A stretch of DNA of 64,000 nt from Octopus sinensis (lineage: Eukaryota). The stretch is from contig NC_043008.1 of assembly GCF_006345805.1 (NCBI RefSeq), positions 38,564,001 to 38,628,000 of the forward strand, in the 5' to 3' direction. The notes beneath the pieces are model-generated. The model saw only the letters and a program-made list of their open reading frames with translations, searched no databases and was not told the origin of the DNA. Every line of letters begins with the position of its first letter. The stretch's first letter is position 1. This document shows, piece by piece, positions 13,761 through 26,691 of the stretch. The position numbers were made by a program, and so were the translations under genes.

Positions 13761-14099
13761 GTATATATATATATGTATATGTGTGTATAGTTATGTGTGT
13801 ATATATATGTGTTTGAATGTTTGTGTATGTATATATATATGTATTTATGTGTGTGTGTGTCTGTGTGTGCATGCACATGCACAGACACACACATACATAA
13901 ATATATATTTTATGTTCCTACTGTAGTAGTTATGTCCTCAAACTGTTTGTTGTTCATTAAGCAGCGAAGGGTGTTAAATGTTCACCATGCCAATCTGATA
14001 TGACAAAATGAAATTTTAGAAAAGCAACATAAGAAATTAAAAGAAAAAATAAATAAATAAATAAATAAATAAATATGTAATAATAATAATGATAATAAC

Positions 14100-14134
<35 letters not shown>

Positions 14135-14295
14135 TAGTAATAATAATAATGATAATAATAATAATAATAATAATGATAATAATGATAATAATAATAATAA
14201 TGATAATAATAATAATAATAATAATGATAATAATAATAATAATAATAATGATAATAATAATAATAATGATAATAATAATAATAATAATAATAATA

Positions 14296-14332
<37 letters not shown>

Positions 14333-14342
14333 GATAATAATA

Positions 14343-14402
<60 letters not shown>

Positions 14403-14412
14403 TAATAGTAAT
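13500..14412. repeat. Compound (TA)/(CA)/(TG) microsatellite followed by (AAT)n (14079-14412)
   Basis: Read directly. Confidence 0.95.
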
Positions 14413-14964
14413 AAATGCCCTGATGCAGTACCAGGTGGTGGCTCTTGTGGCTTCTGATCTGAAATGATTGGAAGTGTTATCATGTACATTGTTTTGTCTT
14501 GGTATAAAAGATGGGCTACAGCAAATATTCTGCTCAATACCACAGATTTGCTTGTCAGTTGTTTGACCAGTTGAGCATGTCCCTTAGTGGCTGATGATAA
14601 CTGCATCTCTGATCGCGAGCAGAAGTAGTTGGGGAGCATCATAGCCACGTGTTATGAGGGGTTCTTTGGGGTTTGAATAATTCACCTCTGGAAACATGTG
14701 TGTTTCGTTCAACATCCTTAAACAACCCTTATTCAGGAACCTTTTGAGCAAGATGGGCCACTTGACCAGAAGAAAATTCTAACTGGGCCCCACCTGCAAG
14801 GTCATGTACTGTTTATCTTGATATGAGATCACCATGTCACGTGCATATGGTCGTGATGCATGTGCCTGGTGTACTCTTATCAGACGGGTAGTCATGATGG
14901 GTATACTGGGCTTCGTATATTTTACCCCAGTGTCACTTTGATGGCATGCACTGCTCTCTCACTC

Positions 14965-14966
<2 letters not shown>
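14413..14966 (+). mobile_element. ~555-bp non-coding interspersed element in an (AAT)n microsatellite (copy 2)
   Basis: Runs AAATGCCCTGATGCAGTACC...CACTGCTCTCTCACTCAA with (AAT)n on both sides; homologous to 11777-12333. Confidence 0.9.
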
Positions 14967-15011
<45 letters not shown>

Positions 15012-15339
15012 TAATAATCGCGTAGGTGTAGACCTACTAAGGCTTACAGAAAAAGCAGAGTAAAAGTGTGTGAATCATACCATGATCAAAGACTTCATCA
15101 GTAATGTGAATAAAACAAAATAATTGCACTTGTAAATTGATATTCAATCTCATCTCCACCTCCTGAGATAAAGCGATCACAAATAGTAATAACTATAATA
15201 TTAAATTAATTTCTTTTTTTAATACAGTGCAGAGTCTAATTCTTCTATGATAGCTGTAGATTATCTTATTGAACCAAGAGAATATATGGCAATTCAAAGA
15301 AAACTTTTACCAGGTTTGGAACTAATGAAGACGCTTTGG

Positions 15340-15545
15340 TTTCGAATTATAACACAAGGCTGGCAAGTACAGAGAAGTAGGTAAAGAGATTACATCAACC
15401 CCGCCCCGCCCCCAGTACATAACTGGTACTCATTTTAGTGACCCCGCAAAAAGATGAAAGGCAAAGTTGACTTCAGCGGAATTCAAACGCAGAACATAAA
15501 GACAGACAAAATTTTGCCCAACATGTTAACATGAGCATTTTGCCT
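15340..15545 (-). mobile_element. SINE family B
   Basis: AACTGGTACT..GATGAAAGGCAAAGTTGAC is the reverse complement of the family B body. Confidence 0.8.
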
Positions 15546-15677
15546 AACAGTAAAGGACAACATCAGCTGAAATACAACAAAGGGGACAGAATCTAAATCC
15601 CTAACCCTTTGTTAAGGAATAACCAGGACCATCAAGAAATATATTCCATGCTTTTACTAATTGTTTTAATGAGATAC

Positions 15678-15818
15678 GGGCAAGGCTGTGTAGTTAAGAA
15701 GCTTGTTTCCTAACCATGTGGTCTTGGGTTCAGTCCCACAGTGCAGCACCTTGGGCAAGTATCTTCTACTATAGCCCCAGACCTTGTGAGTGGATTTGGT
15801 AGACAGAAACTGAAAGAA
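15678..15818 (+). mobile_element. SINE family A, 5' portion
   Basis: GGCTGTGTAGTTAAGAAGC..GGGTTCAGTCCCAC..CCTTGTGAGTGGATTTGGTAGACAGAAACTGAAAGAA; homologous to 49163-49559. Confidence 0.85.
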
Positions 15819-16233
15819 GGCGGCAAGCTGGCAGAAGCATTAGCGTGCTGGTCGAAATGCGTAGCAAAATTTCGTCTGCCATTACGTTCTGAGTTCAAAT
15901 TCCGCGAGGTCGACTTTGCCTTTCATCCTTTCTGGGTCGATAAATTAAGTACCAGTTATGCACTGGGTCGATGTAATTGACTTAATCCATTTGTCTGTCC
16001 TTGTTTGTCCCCTCTGTGTTTAGCCCCTTGTGGGTAGTAAAGAAATAGGTATTTCGCCTGCCACTGCGTTCTGAGTTCAAATTCCGCCGAGGTCGACTTT
16101 GCCTTTCATCCTTTCTGGGTCGATAAATTAAGTACCAGTTATGCACTGGGTCGATGTAATTGACTTAATCCGTTTGTCTGTCCTTGTTTGTCCCCTCTGT
16201 GTTTAGCCCCTTGTGGGTAGTAAAGAAATAGGT
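15819..16233 (+). mobile_element. SINE family B with tandemly duplicated ~182-bp body
   Basis: Head at 15819; body units at 15869-16050 and 16051-16233. Confidence 0.92.
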
Positions 16234-16627
16234 TTCAGGTTCTGGCACAAGGCCAGCAGGTTGGGGGCGATGTGGAGTTGGGGGTGGGCTAAGTTGATTA
16301 AATTTGTAGTTAAGGGGTATAGTTTGTGGGTAAATTTCCACATTTTTATTTATTTCTTTTAGGTGCTAGACCAGGAACACAGAGGGGAACTGCCTTGAGG
16401 TTCTTTATTGTTTTTATTGTTTTTTGCTTTTGTTTTTTGTTTTTTGCTTGATCACACCAACTCCAATATGTATTTTCTAAAGTTTGGTATTAAATTTATT
16501 GATCTCTATTGGCCCCTTGGTTGAAGCAGTTGATTATAGAACATGAACAAAGAGCACATACAAACACACACATGCACAAACACATGTATACACACACACA
16601 TACATGCACTCATGTCTATTCTTTTTT

Positions 16628-16765
16628 AGGCACAAGGCCTAAAATCGTTGGGAGGGGAGTAACTAGTGCTTAACTGGTGCTTGTTTTTATAAACCCTGAA
16701 AAGATGGAAGGCAAAGTCAACCTTAGCAGGATTTTGTCTGACATGCTAACAATTCTGTCACGTTG

Positions 16766-16769
<4 letters not shown>
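16628..16769 (-). mobile_element. SINE family B, degenerate
   Basis: GGCACAAGGCC..AACTGGTGCT..GATGGAAGGCAAAGTCAACC. Confidence 0.7.
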
Positions 16770-16815
<46 letters not shown>

Positions 16816-16816
<1 letters not shown>

Positions 16817-17010
16817 GGGAGAGTTCACGAAAAAAACAAAAGACGAAGACAGGTGGTGTACAAAACAAACTGATGTATTAGTATAGTATAACGCTCAGGA
16901 ATTGAAAATACCTTTTACGTTTCAAGCCTACGCTCTTCTAGAGAAAGGGACACAGAAAAAAAACAAGGAGAGAAAAAAATGTGTGTAGTAGCTATCGATC
17001 TATCATGGTG
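16816..17010 (-). mobile_element. Penelope-like short element with a degenerate minimal hammerhead motif (16911-16948)
   Basis: Minus RNA CCUUU-CUCUAGA-A-GAGC-GUAG-GCUU-GAAACGUA-AAAGG. The 3' end abuts (TA)n. Same family as 46506-46710. Confidence 0.7.
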
Positions 17011-17060
17011 ACATACATATATACACACACATTTATACAAACACACACACACACACATAC

Positions 17061-17190
17061 AAATTCACTCACAAGGCTTTGGTCAACTCAGAGCCTAAGC
17101 AGAAGACACTTTCTCAAGATGCCATGTTGTGGGACTGAACTTGAATCCATGGATTCGAGGAGGCAATTTCTTAATTATGAATTCATGTCT
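17061..17190 (-). mobile_element. SINE family A fragment
   Basis: AAATTCACTCACAAGGCTTTGGTC..AGAAGACAC..GTGGGACTGAAC. Confidence 0.8.
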
Positions 17191-17671
17191 GTATTTAATA
17201 ACAATATATTTAGAAACAGCTCTTAGCTTGGCTTTGTAAAGTCAATTTAAAGACTGCTTAATTAATATTGAATACATATAAACAGTCAAGTCTAATTTCC
17301 AGAATCGTTCTGTAGGAATCTATAATCATTTACATTGTAATATTCGTTTTGGTTAATTTGCAGAATTGCCAACACACCATCCTCCTTCATTTAGCCATGT
17401 CATTCTATATTCACAGTTGAATTCACTTTGGGTTTGATTTTAGCTTTAAAGTGTTCATAAACTGAGAACCTGTAATACACTAGAATGAATTTTACTGAAT
17501 TTAAATCTCTCCATGTTCTACTCTACAGGGAAAGGCTATCGTTATATCTGGGATGTTTTATACACACACCTACAAGCACCTACGCACATGCACACACAGA
17601 CAAACATCATTCACAGAAACACTTTCTCACTGAAATATTAAGAAACACTTCGTAATGATCTCACTCAGTAA

Positions 17672-17832
17672 TATGGTTGGTGTTAGGAAGGGCATCCAGC
17701 AGTAAAAGCCATACCAAAACAGACAATGGAACTTGGTGCAGTCCTCTGGCTTGCCAGCTCCTGTTAAACCGTCCAACGCATGCCACCATGGAAGACAAAT
17801 GTTAAACAATGATGATGGTGATGACGATGATG
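17672..17832 (+). mobile_element. Short retroposon family C with (GAT)n tail
   Basis: GGTTGGTGTTAGGAAGGGCATCCAGC..TGTTAAACAATGATGATG. Confidence 0.8.
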
Positions 17833-17872
17833 AAACTTATATCTATATGTGTGTGTGTGTGTGTATGTATAC

Positions 17873-17903
<31 letters not shown>

Positions 17904-17972
17904 GTGTGTGTGTGTGTGTGTGTGTATAAAATATGAATTAGAGACAAAACCACTATTAGGCAACTCAATGTA

Positions 17973-18345
17973 CAGGGTGCAGTGAATAAACTGTCATCTA
18001 AATTACGCAAAAATGAAAATATCACTGACATCTCATTTTAACAGATATGTTTTCCTAAAATTACATAAAAATATCTTGAAATACTAAAGAGTAAATTTAT
18101 TCAATAAAATCGTATTGGTTTCAACCACAGCCTCCAGATGACTTCAGATTCTTTTGTAACTCTTCTGGATGGACTCCTTGTTTATGTTGATGAATGCTGC
18201 CATAATCCTTGCTTTCAGTCCATCTTTGGTGTTACAAGAATTTTTGTTGGCTTCTCACTCAACTGTGCCCCATACACAATAATCAAGGGGGTTGCAATCT
18301 GGGGAGTTAGGGGGTCAGATGTTAGGGGTGATGTGGTTGAAGAAT
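17973..18345 (-). mobile_element. Tc1/mariner transposon 3' end with transposase C-terminal relic (maT/DD37D-like)
   Basis: TA|CAGGGTG terminus at 17971-17979. Minus strand encodes I*PPNSPDCNPLDYCVWG..NTKDGLKARIMAAF..HLEAVVET. Confidence 0.85.
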
Positions 18346-20313
18346 CTCAGACACCATTAATGGTTTTAGAAAGAGTGCCACCATAATAAGTTACATCCAG
18401 AAATTTATATGGATGCTTAGGTGCTAAGCAAGTTACAAGAACAAAGTAATCTTGCTCTGTGCTATTTTAATCTCAAGTTATCACACCATTCAGATTTACT
18501 GGCTGATAATGTAGTATTGAAATTCTACCATTTGTCATGTGGTTGTAAATCTTGGTTCAGCCAATGACCTTCAAGCATGGCAATAATGTAAAACAACACG
18601 ACAAGATTGGGAGGTTTGATTTTAAAACATCTCCAGTAATTTAACTATTTATAGATTTTGAAATAAAGCACACTTGACTCTAAGTTTCTCTGTCAGCTTT
18701 TACTCACACTACTAACACATCTGTCATTTGATCATCTAGATAAAGATTGCCGTACAACAGATAAATCCGCCACCCCCACTCCTCTTCTCTTACGTAGAAC
18801 GAAATCTTCAACACTGGTTCAATATCTAGTCACATCTATTTTACTTGCTATACCAACAACACCCCTTGGGAAAGATTACAATATCTTTGACTCCTGTTCG
18901 CTTTTGGAATCAGAGAGATATTTCATCTATTTATCAATAGGTACTGATCACAAGTGATCAATCAGTTAACTGGTTATAAAAGTTGTACAGGAGCAAGGGT
19001 AAATTTTTTTCATCATTTTATATGTAGAAACTTTCTTTTTTTCCTTCTTTCTCCCCCCCCCGCTCTCTCTCTCTCTCACACAGACACACTTTCATGCAGT
19101 TTATTCACACATGCTTAATGGTAGATAATCAAAGAGATGATACTTATTTTATCTCTTAATTGCTATCAAAACAGGAAACAGTCAAGTAAATAATAAAATT
19201 ATTATCATTATTATTACTATTATTATTATTATTGTAGTTGTTGTTGTTATTTTGTATTTGTGAGGAGGGGGTTTAGTGTTGTTTGTGTGTTCTATTGTGA
19301 AGGACAACAATACAGGAAAATAACAACAACAAAAAAAAAAAAAGAAAATCACAATACATGTATCCAACAGAAAATAGACAAAGAATACAAAGCATATATT
19401 CAAAGAATTAAAGTAAAAGATGTCTAGGCAGAATTCAAAAAAAAAAACAAAAAAAAAAAACAGCCTCTCTATTGTGCTGATGGAATCTATATCTGATTAT
19501 CAACTCTACAAGATTTAAAAGATAGGTGCGAGGGGGAAAAAATTTAACTGCATCATATAACATCTGCGGAATTCTATGAAAAAAACACAAAATGATCATG
19601 TTTAAGCGAAGAAACCGAGTGGCTCTGAAAGTACAAACACAGGTCATAGAGTGCTATGCATATATTGGTTCTGATTCTATCTAGTGGTGCTCATGAACTC
19701 ACCCCATAACCTATGATGTCGTATATTATGGAGACCTGGACTAGGGCCATTGATCTTGTCTTTATGCAAATAATGTCTGTTGGGATTGTCTTTAACTTCA
19801 AAAGCAAATTTGTTATCCATTCCAGCTGCAAGATTATAAAAGTAACATTAAATATATTATCAACAAATCACTTTCAGATAAGCAGCATCCCAGCACTGGT
19901 GCAAACGTTTGAAAATCTACAGGAATAATTTGAATATTAAACAATGTTGGATAAAGAGAGAAGAGAGAAAAATATACAAAATACATGAAAAAAAAATGAT
20001 AAATAAAAGGTATGATTTATTTATATATTGAAAAAAGGTTTTCAGGGCTGAAAAATGATGATACAGCATCAAAAGTGGCACTTTAACTTTAAAAAATTGG
20101 ATATTTGAATAAATGATAGAAAAGTTCTACCATTGATGTCATGGCTGGAATTCCTCTGATTGGCTTAAAGTTCAAGTATTTCTGTATCTAACACACTCTC
20201 ACACATGTATATTATCATATCCCCAGACCAGAGAATTGGCCTTAATATTTTGCAGCAGAATGTACTTTTCTATTAAAGGTGCCAAAGAGTCAAGGGCCAG
20301 GGTCTATTATTAA

Positions 20314-20531
20314 CCCTTTTGTTACCAACCCGGCTGAAACCGGCTCTGGCTCTGAGTACAAATGTCCTGTTTGCATAAGTTTTGAATTAAAATCTTCCAC
20401 CAAATCTTAGTCACAATTCATGTTCCTAACACTGGCTGAATGATAACTAAGTTATTTTACTAAATTCTTTGTTATATTTAAAGTAATTGAAAGAAACACA
20501 GAGCATCTCAAAATAAATACAGTAACAAAAG
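20314..20531. mobile_element. piggyBac-type MITE with eroded right end
   Basis: TTAA|CCCTTTTGTTAC left end and GTAACAAAAG right end form an inverted repeat. Confidence 0.7.
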
Positions 20532-20792
20532 TACAAGATTGCTTTTCATATGGTCTCCATGTTCTAACCTAACTACAACCCAAAGCTACAGTATAAAACT
20601 CTGTCATTGACAGAAAAGACACTAGCAATGGTGATAGCATCGATCCATCATAGCTGTAGGGAAAGACTGAAATTAGTACTCAAAAAAAAAAATGTATTTT
20701 GCTTAGTGTTTAGTTAAGGTACTAAACACAGTATGCATAGCTAAGTATTTTGATCCTCAAGATGGTAATTCAGTGGCATATAACATTCATGG

Positions 20793-21052
20793 GGAGGTGC
20801 ATGGCTTAGTGGTTAGGGTGTCAGCACCATGATCGTAAGATTGTGGTTTCAATCCCTGGACCAGGTAACGCATTGTGTTCTTGAGCAAAGCACTTCATTT
20901 CATGTTGCTACAGTCCACTCAGCTGATAAAAATGTGTAACACTGTGATGGATTGGCGTCCCATCCAGCTGGGGAATACATACTACATAGAAGCCGGGAAA
21001 CCAGGCCCATGAGCCTGGCTAGGTTTTAAAATGGCTCATTTATTTATTATAT
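20793..21052 (+). mobile_element. tRNA-derived SINE family D (V-SINE-like central motif) with TSD
   Basis: TGGCTTAGTGGTTAG A-box, GGTTTCAATCCC B-box, CTGTGATGGATTGGCGTCCCATCCAG core. TSD TATAA(C/A)ATTCATGG at 20779-20792 and 21053-21066. Confidence 0.85.
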
Positions 21053-22354
21053 TATAAAATTCATGGAAAAATATGCTGATATATAAAATAGTAGAGTTGA
21101 TTCTTGCACATAGTATTACAATCTCATAGAAGGTCTTGTGTTGAAATCTGGTGACAGTTTTATAGTGTCTCGGTGCATTGTTCTGAATTTTGCTTTTCTG
21201 CAGCTCCCATAACTTGGGAATAAATATCAGATCATCTGACAATGTTAGCTGATGTAGACAAACACTTATAAGAGCAGGAAATATATTTCACATCTGCTTT
21301 AGTGCCAAAGAGATTAGGAAAAACATTTAGTCAGTAACAGAAGTATATTTTAGACAAGAGGAAGTAATATTCCATCAATTTTTGTCTCCAGAATGACATA
21401 ACTTCAACAAAGAGCCAGAAACATCAAAGGAGATATTTTTGGTTCATGCAGTTGGTATATCTTGTCTGCAGCTCAATTGCTGATAAATTTGTATATATAT
21501 ATATACACACCAGGCCACTTTTGGTTTAAAGTCATGGTATTGAACAAATCATTCAAGTGAATGGATTTCTCTTGTACTCCGAGCTATTCTGAGACAACTG
21601 AATATATCAACACTTGCCTTATTTATGTCTCTTATTTGTGAATCATAGACTTGACTGGTTCTCTAAATTGTATATTATAAAGTCAGTTATGTGTGCATGT
21701 ATGTCTGCTAGACAAAAGAACAAAGTAGCTTACAAAAGAGATGCAGATAGAACAAGAAACAGAGAGGCAGTTCAGGCAGCGACCAACATTGTTTGCATAA
21801 GATAATGATTGTTCAATAGAAGCACATGTTATATCCAATATATTTTATGCAACATAATTTTCCAGGCCTAGTTGTTATTTCTTTTCTCAAAGACTTCCAT
21901 TTTTCTTTTAAAGGGTTAGTGTAGTGATTACCAAGTGAATTAATGAAAATAAGTTTTTGTTCCATTTATTTATTACAGTGTATGTAAATATAGAAGAGAT
22001 AAACTAACCGACATAGAAAAAAGAAAATTGGTTATGATGAACAGGGGTGGGTATATAACGATTTTATAATTCATGAAGTAACATAAAATTTGTACTGTAA
22101 CGCGTTAGCATCAGTTATTAGTAACAAAACTTAATGGTTAGCTGTACATCAATGCAAGTGATTAGGGCTACTCTATGTTGACAATAACAACATTAAGTTA
22201 TCTGCCTCTACATTATAACAGAATGATGACTCAGTATTAGAAGATCAAAACCAGTAGATTATTGAACCAAGTTAAAGCATTTTTCTTGTACTGTAAACAA
22301 TTGAATAACCAATGTATAAAGAGACCGCCAATTTTTGTAGAGACCTTGGCTGTG

Positions 22355-22828
22355 TGATCAAGAAATCTGCTTTGGTACCAGATAGTTTCAGGTTCATCCC
22401 AGCTGCGAGGAATCATGCCTAAGTGTCTTGTATTATACCCCTGGGTTTTCAAGTGACTTATGAGTAAATATGATTGATCAAGAAATCTGCTTTGATACCA
22501 GGTAGTTTCAGGTTCATCCCAGCTGTGAGGAATCATGCATAAGTGTCTTGTATTATACCCCTGGGTTTTCAAGTGACTTATGAGTAAATATGATTGATCA
22601 AGAAATCTGCTTTGATACCAGGTAGTTTCAGGTTCATCCCAGCTGCGAGGAATCATGCCTAAGTGTCTTGTATTATACCCCTGGGTTTTCAAGTGACTTA
22701 TGAGTAAATATGATTGATCAAGAAATCTGCTTTGATACCAGGTAGTTTCAGGTTCATCCCAGCTGTGAAGAATCATGCATAAGTGTCTTGTATTATACCC
22801 CCGGGTTTTCAAGTGACTTATGAGTAAA
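22355..22828 (+). repeat. Tandem array of 4 x 120 bp derived from a decayed family A SINE head
   Basis: Units start at 22355, 22475, 22595 and 22715. The unit aligns by eye to the family A head (GGCTGTGTG..AAGAA..GGTTCA..AAGTGTCTT..TGAGT). Confidence 0.92.
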
Positions 22829-23129
22829 GCTTTTTTCAATCTATATTGCCTTCATATAACACCAGTTCACAATTAGTGTTTGTTTGTATTCTTATAACTT
22901 GAAAGTTTGGCAAATATAACAACAGACAGAATAAGTACTGGCCTTAAAATAATAATTAATACTAATTAATACTGGGTGGGGTTGATTTAATCCACTGAGC
23001 TTTTAACATATCTTCAGTTACAAAGAGAGACAAACTGTCCTTCAATAAGATGCCAGTATAAATAAGGTAAAAATGTCTCAATGGAATTTCAATGTTAATA
23101 ATAACTATTATTATTATTTGTAACATTAA

Positions 23130-23772
23130 GGGAGTGTGCTGGCAGAATCTTTAGTATGCTGGACAAAATGCTTAGTTGCTTTTTATCTGTCGATACATTC
23201 TGAGTTCAATTTCTGCTGAAGTCAACTTTGCCTTTCATCCTTTCAAGGCCAAGGAAATAAGTACCAGTTGAGTACTGGGGTTGATGTTAACCCCCTCCAA
23301 CAAAATTTCAAGCCTTGGGCCACCTACAAATGAAAGGATTATTTTCAACCTTAGCAAAGGGCCATATATTATTAGAAGGTACGGCTGAATAAATCAGCAT
23401 TAGTACTTGAGTACTTGTACTTGATTTAGTAACTCTAGAAGGATGTGAGGGGGAAAAATAATCAACCAGAGTAGAATTTGAACTTAGAATGTAATGAGAT
23501 ACAAGCATTGTCCACCATTCTGCTACCTTTAATATTGATTTCAAATTTTGGCACAAGGCTAGCAATTTTGGCGGGATGAGTGAGTTGATTACATCGATCT
23601 CCAGCAATCAACTGGTATTTATTTTATTGACCCCTAATAACTGTTTCTAATTAAGACACAAGGCCAGCAATTTTGAAGGGAAAGGCTTAGTCAATACCAT
23701 TGAACCTAATACTTAATTGGCACTTTATTATATCAATCCCCCAAAAAGGTAATAGGCAAAGTTGACCTCAGG
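23130..23772. mobile_element. Cluster of three family B SINE pieces (+ 23130-23342; - 23545-23640; - 23655-23772)
   Basis: GCCTTTCATCCTTTC, GGCACAAGGC and AGGCAAAGTTGACC motifs. Confidence 0.75.
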
Positions 23773-23945
23773 ATATAGAAAAGTGATAGCAAACATTACA
23801 AGGTGTTTTTTTCCAGATACATTAGGGATGGTAGCGATCCACCACCCTGAGTTATAATTGTATAAAGTACCAACAGATGATACTTAACAGTTGTAACGTA
23901 AAGAAAATTTTCAACTGAACCATGTATGTGATATATATATATATA

Positions 23946-23978
<33 letters not shown>

Positions 23979-23983
<5 letters not shown>

Positions 23984-24188
23984 ATCCAAACATGAAAATA
24001 CAAAGAGAAAACACAACAACGCGAGGACGTGGAACAAATATAGTATTATTGAACGCTCAGGAAGGAAGGGAAGAAGGAGGGTTTTACGTTACGAGTGGAA
24101 CTCTTCGTCAGAAACATAGGAAAAGAAAGATCCAGCGAAGGGAAGACGGAGGAAAAAAAATCGTCAATGGTACACATGCGGTCACATT
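23979..24188 (-). mobile_element. Penelope-like short element with a minimal hammerhead motif (24081-24115), between (TA)n tracts
   Basis: Minus RNA GUUU-CUGACGA-A-GAGU-UCC-ACUC-GUAACGUA-AAAC. Shares AACGCTCAGGAA with the 16816/46506 family. Confidence 0.8.
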
Positions 24189-24630
24189 TTATATATATAT
24201 AAATGTGTATGTATATATAAATGTGTATGTATATATAAATGTATGTGTGTGTGTGTGTATGTATAAATTTAGGTACTTGTACAGAAAGATATATATATTA
24301 TATATGTATTTATTCTAGTTTACATAATTACTAATTGCACATTTTAACGACAAAGCATAACAAGCAATAGAAAGAAAACTAAAAAAAAAAAAAACATACT
24401 AATAAGTAAAAAGAAAGGAATTAAAATATATAAGAAAAGAAATAGAATGAAAACTAATTATCAAGAAAGAAACAGCAGTAGAATCATCAAACAAAATTAA
24501 ATTAACACTTGGGGGGGGGGAGACAAAGAAAGGTAAGGGCTCAAGGGAAATTAACTGGAAAGATATATTTTTAAATCTTCCCATTTTGATGAAAGACGCA
24601 TTGTTGCCAATAATTCTAATAGACACTTAC

Positions 24631-24787
24631 ATCCAGATCGTATCAATTATTACTCAGACAAACCTTCTATACCATAAACAAGAACGGCAAACCATGTCCA
24701 CTGGCTCATAGAAGTGTCGGTTCTGTTTATTTCTACATGTATGCTTTGGCATAGAGCTTCACTTCACTCCATTTCACTTGGCTTCAC
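24631..24787 (-). other. Candidate non-coding (UTR or lncRNA) exon
   Basis: Unique sequence. On the minus strand a pyrimidine tract, A-run and AG precede it and a consensus GTAAGT donor (24625-24630) follows it. Stops occur in all three frames. Confidence 0.3.
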
Positions 24788-24849
24788 CTTTTTTTTTTTG
24801 CAGGGAGGAGGAGTGAGAGTAAATAATATATATATATATACATATACAT

Positions 24850-24881
<32 letters not shown>

Positions 24882-26328
24882 GGAAAGCGGACATTAAACG
24901 ATGATGATGATGATGATGATGATATATATATATACATATATGTATGTATATATAGATGCATGTATGTATATATACATGCATGTATATATTATATTTACAT
25001 ATACATATATAATCATACAAAATATATATATATATACACGCACATATATATATGTGCATAAATATGTATGTATATATATGTATATGTAAATATAATATTT
25101 ACATATACATATATAATCATACAGAAATATATATATATATATATATGTACATATACACATATGTATATATAATCATACAGAAATATATATATGTACATAT
25201 ACACATATGTACATATATATATACATATACGCATATGTATATATATACATATATATGTATATATATAGACATGTATGTATATATACACAATATATATATT
25301 TATATATATATGTTGTATATATATATGTATGTATATATATATATATATACACATCTGTCCAACCCATGCTAGTATGGAAAGCAGACATTAAATGATGATG
25401 ATGATGATGATGTTGATGATATGTATGTAGGCATATATATTTTGGGATTACTTTATTTTTTGTTTTATTATTTATTTCTATTTTCTTGTTTTCTTTCCTT
25501 ATTTTTTTTCCCCTGAATTCATTAAAATATTTACACAAAACTTTCAAGTTCCAATATTTAGTGGACCATATATTTGCTCTTCAATTTAATGTTTGAATAA
25601 TACAACACAAAACAAACAAACATTAAAAATAACCAAAAATAAAAAATTAGCAGAAGTAGTTCCCTGGACATAAATAATTTCAGCTAACATTTTCCCCTAC
25701 ACAAACACAACACATACAACCACATATATACAACTGCAGATATGACTCCTTTATAATACATGCATGTATTCAATACATTATGCTACGCCAAATGTGCCTT
25801 TTTTCCGTATGCAATATGTTAATATGTACATGCTGATATGAGTCTTTGGTTAAAATACTCCAAGGTTGTATTTATGTTCTTTGAATAGACATCAAACTAT
25901 TTTGTAATTTAAAGCAAGTATCATAAAATACAGAATAATTTCATACACTTCAGACTTCAATCTATGTTCAAAAGCGGCAGTGAAAGACATGCATTATGCA
26001 GTTTAAAGAAAAGAACAGTAGTTGAAAGCTCTATAGCCATAGAGAGCCACTTGCCATTTTGATTCTGAATATATGTGGTAATTTTTAACAATAAATAATA
26101 ATATTCAGTATATATGCATAGTTCATAAACTGATAAACGCAGAAATGATGCATAATAATGTTCAGTAATTTGGGATGTGTATAAATATGTGATAGTTAAG
26201 TCAATAGCATAAGAGATAACCAACTGATAGGTCAATGCTGGTCATCCTATCACTGCTACTCTACTGTAATCACTCTGGTTAAGTCACCTTGCTTTCAGAC
26301 CAAGCAAAACATTCTGCATCCCATCATT

Positions 26329-26363
26329 TTATCTGTCTGATTATCTGTCTGATTATCTGTCTG

Positions 26364-26438
<75 letters not shown>

Positions 26439-26611
26439 GCCTACCTACCTACCTACCTATCTGTCTGTCTGTCTGTCCATCTATCCATCCATCCATCCAT
26501 CCATCCATCCATACACCTACCTACCTGTCTATCTGTCTGTCCATCCATCCATCCACCCATCCATCCATCTATCTATCTACCTATCTGTCTGTCTGTCTAT
26601 TTATCTATCGA

Positions 26612-26654
<43 letters not shown>

Positions 26655-26691
26655 ATTTATCTACCTACTTACCTACCTACTTACCTACATA

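Noticed and set aside
22355-22828. CRISPR-like regular array
   Set aside because: Units are contiguous near-identical repeats with no unique spacers, no cas genes, and a eukaryotic context.
23870-23905. Possible further hammerhead (CAGAUGA-U-ACU-UAAC-AGU-U-GUAACGUA) upstream of (TA)n
   Set aside because: Two core mismatches and no helix I pairing; worth rechecking only against a family consensus.
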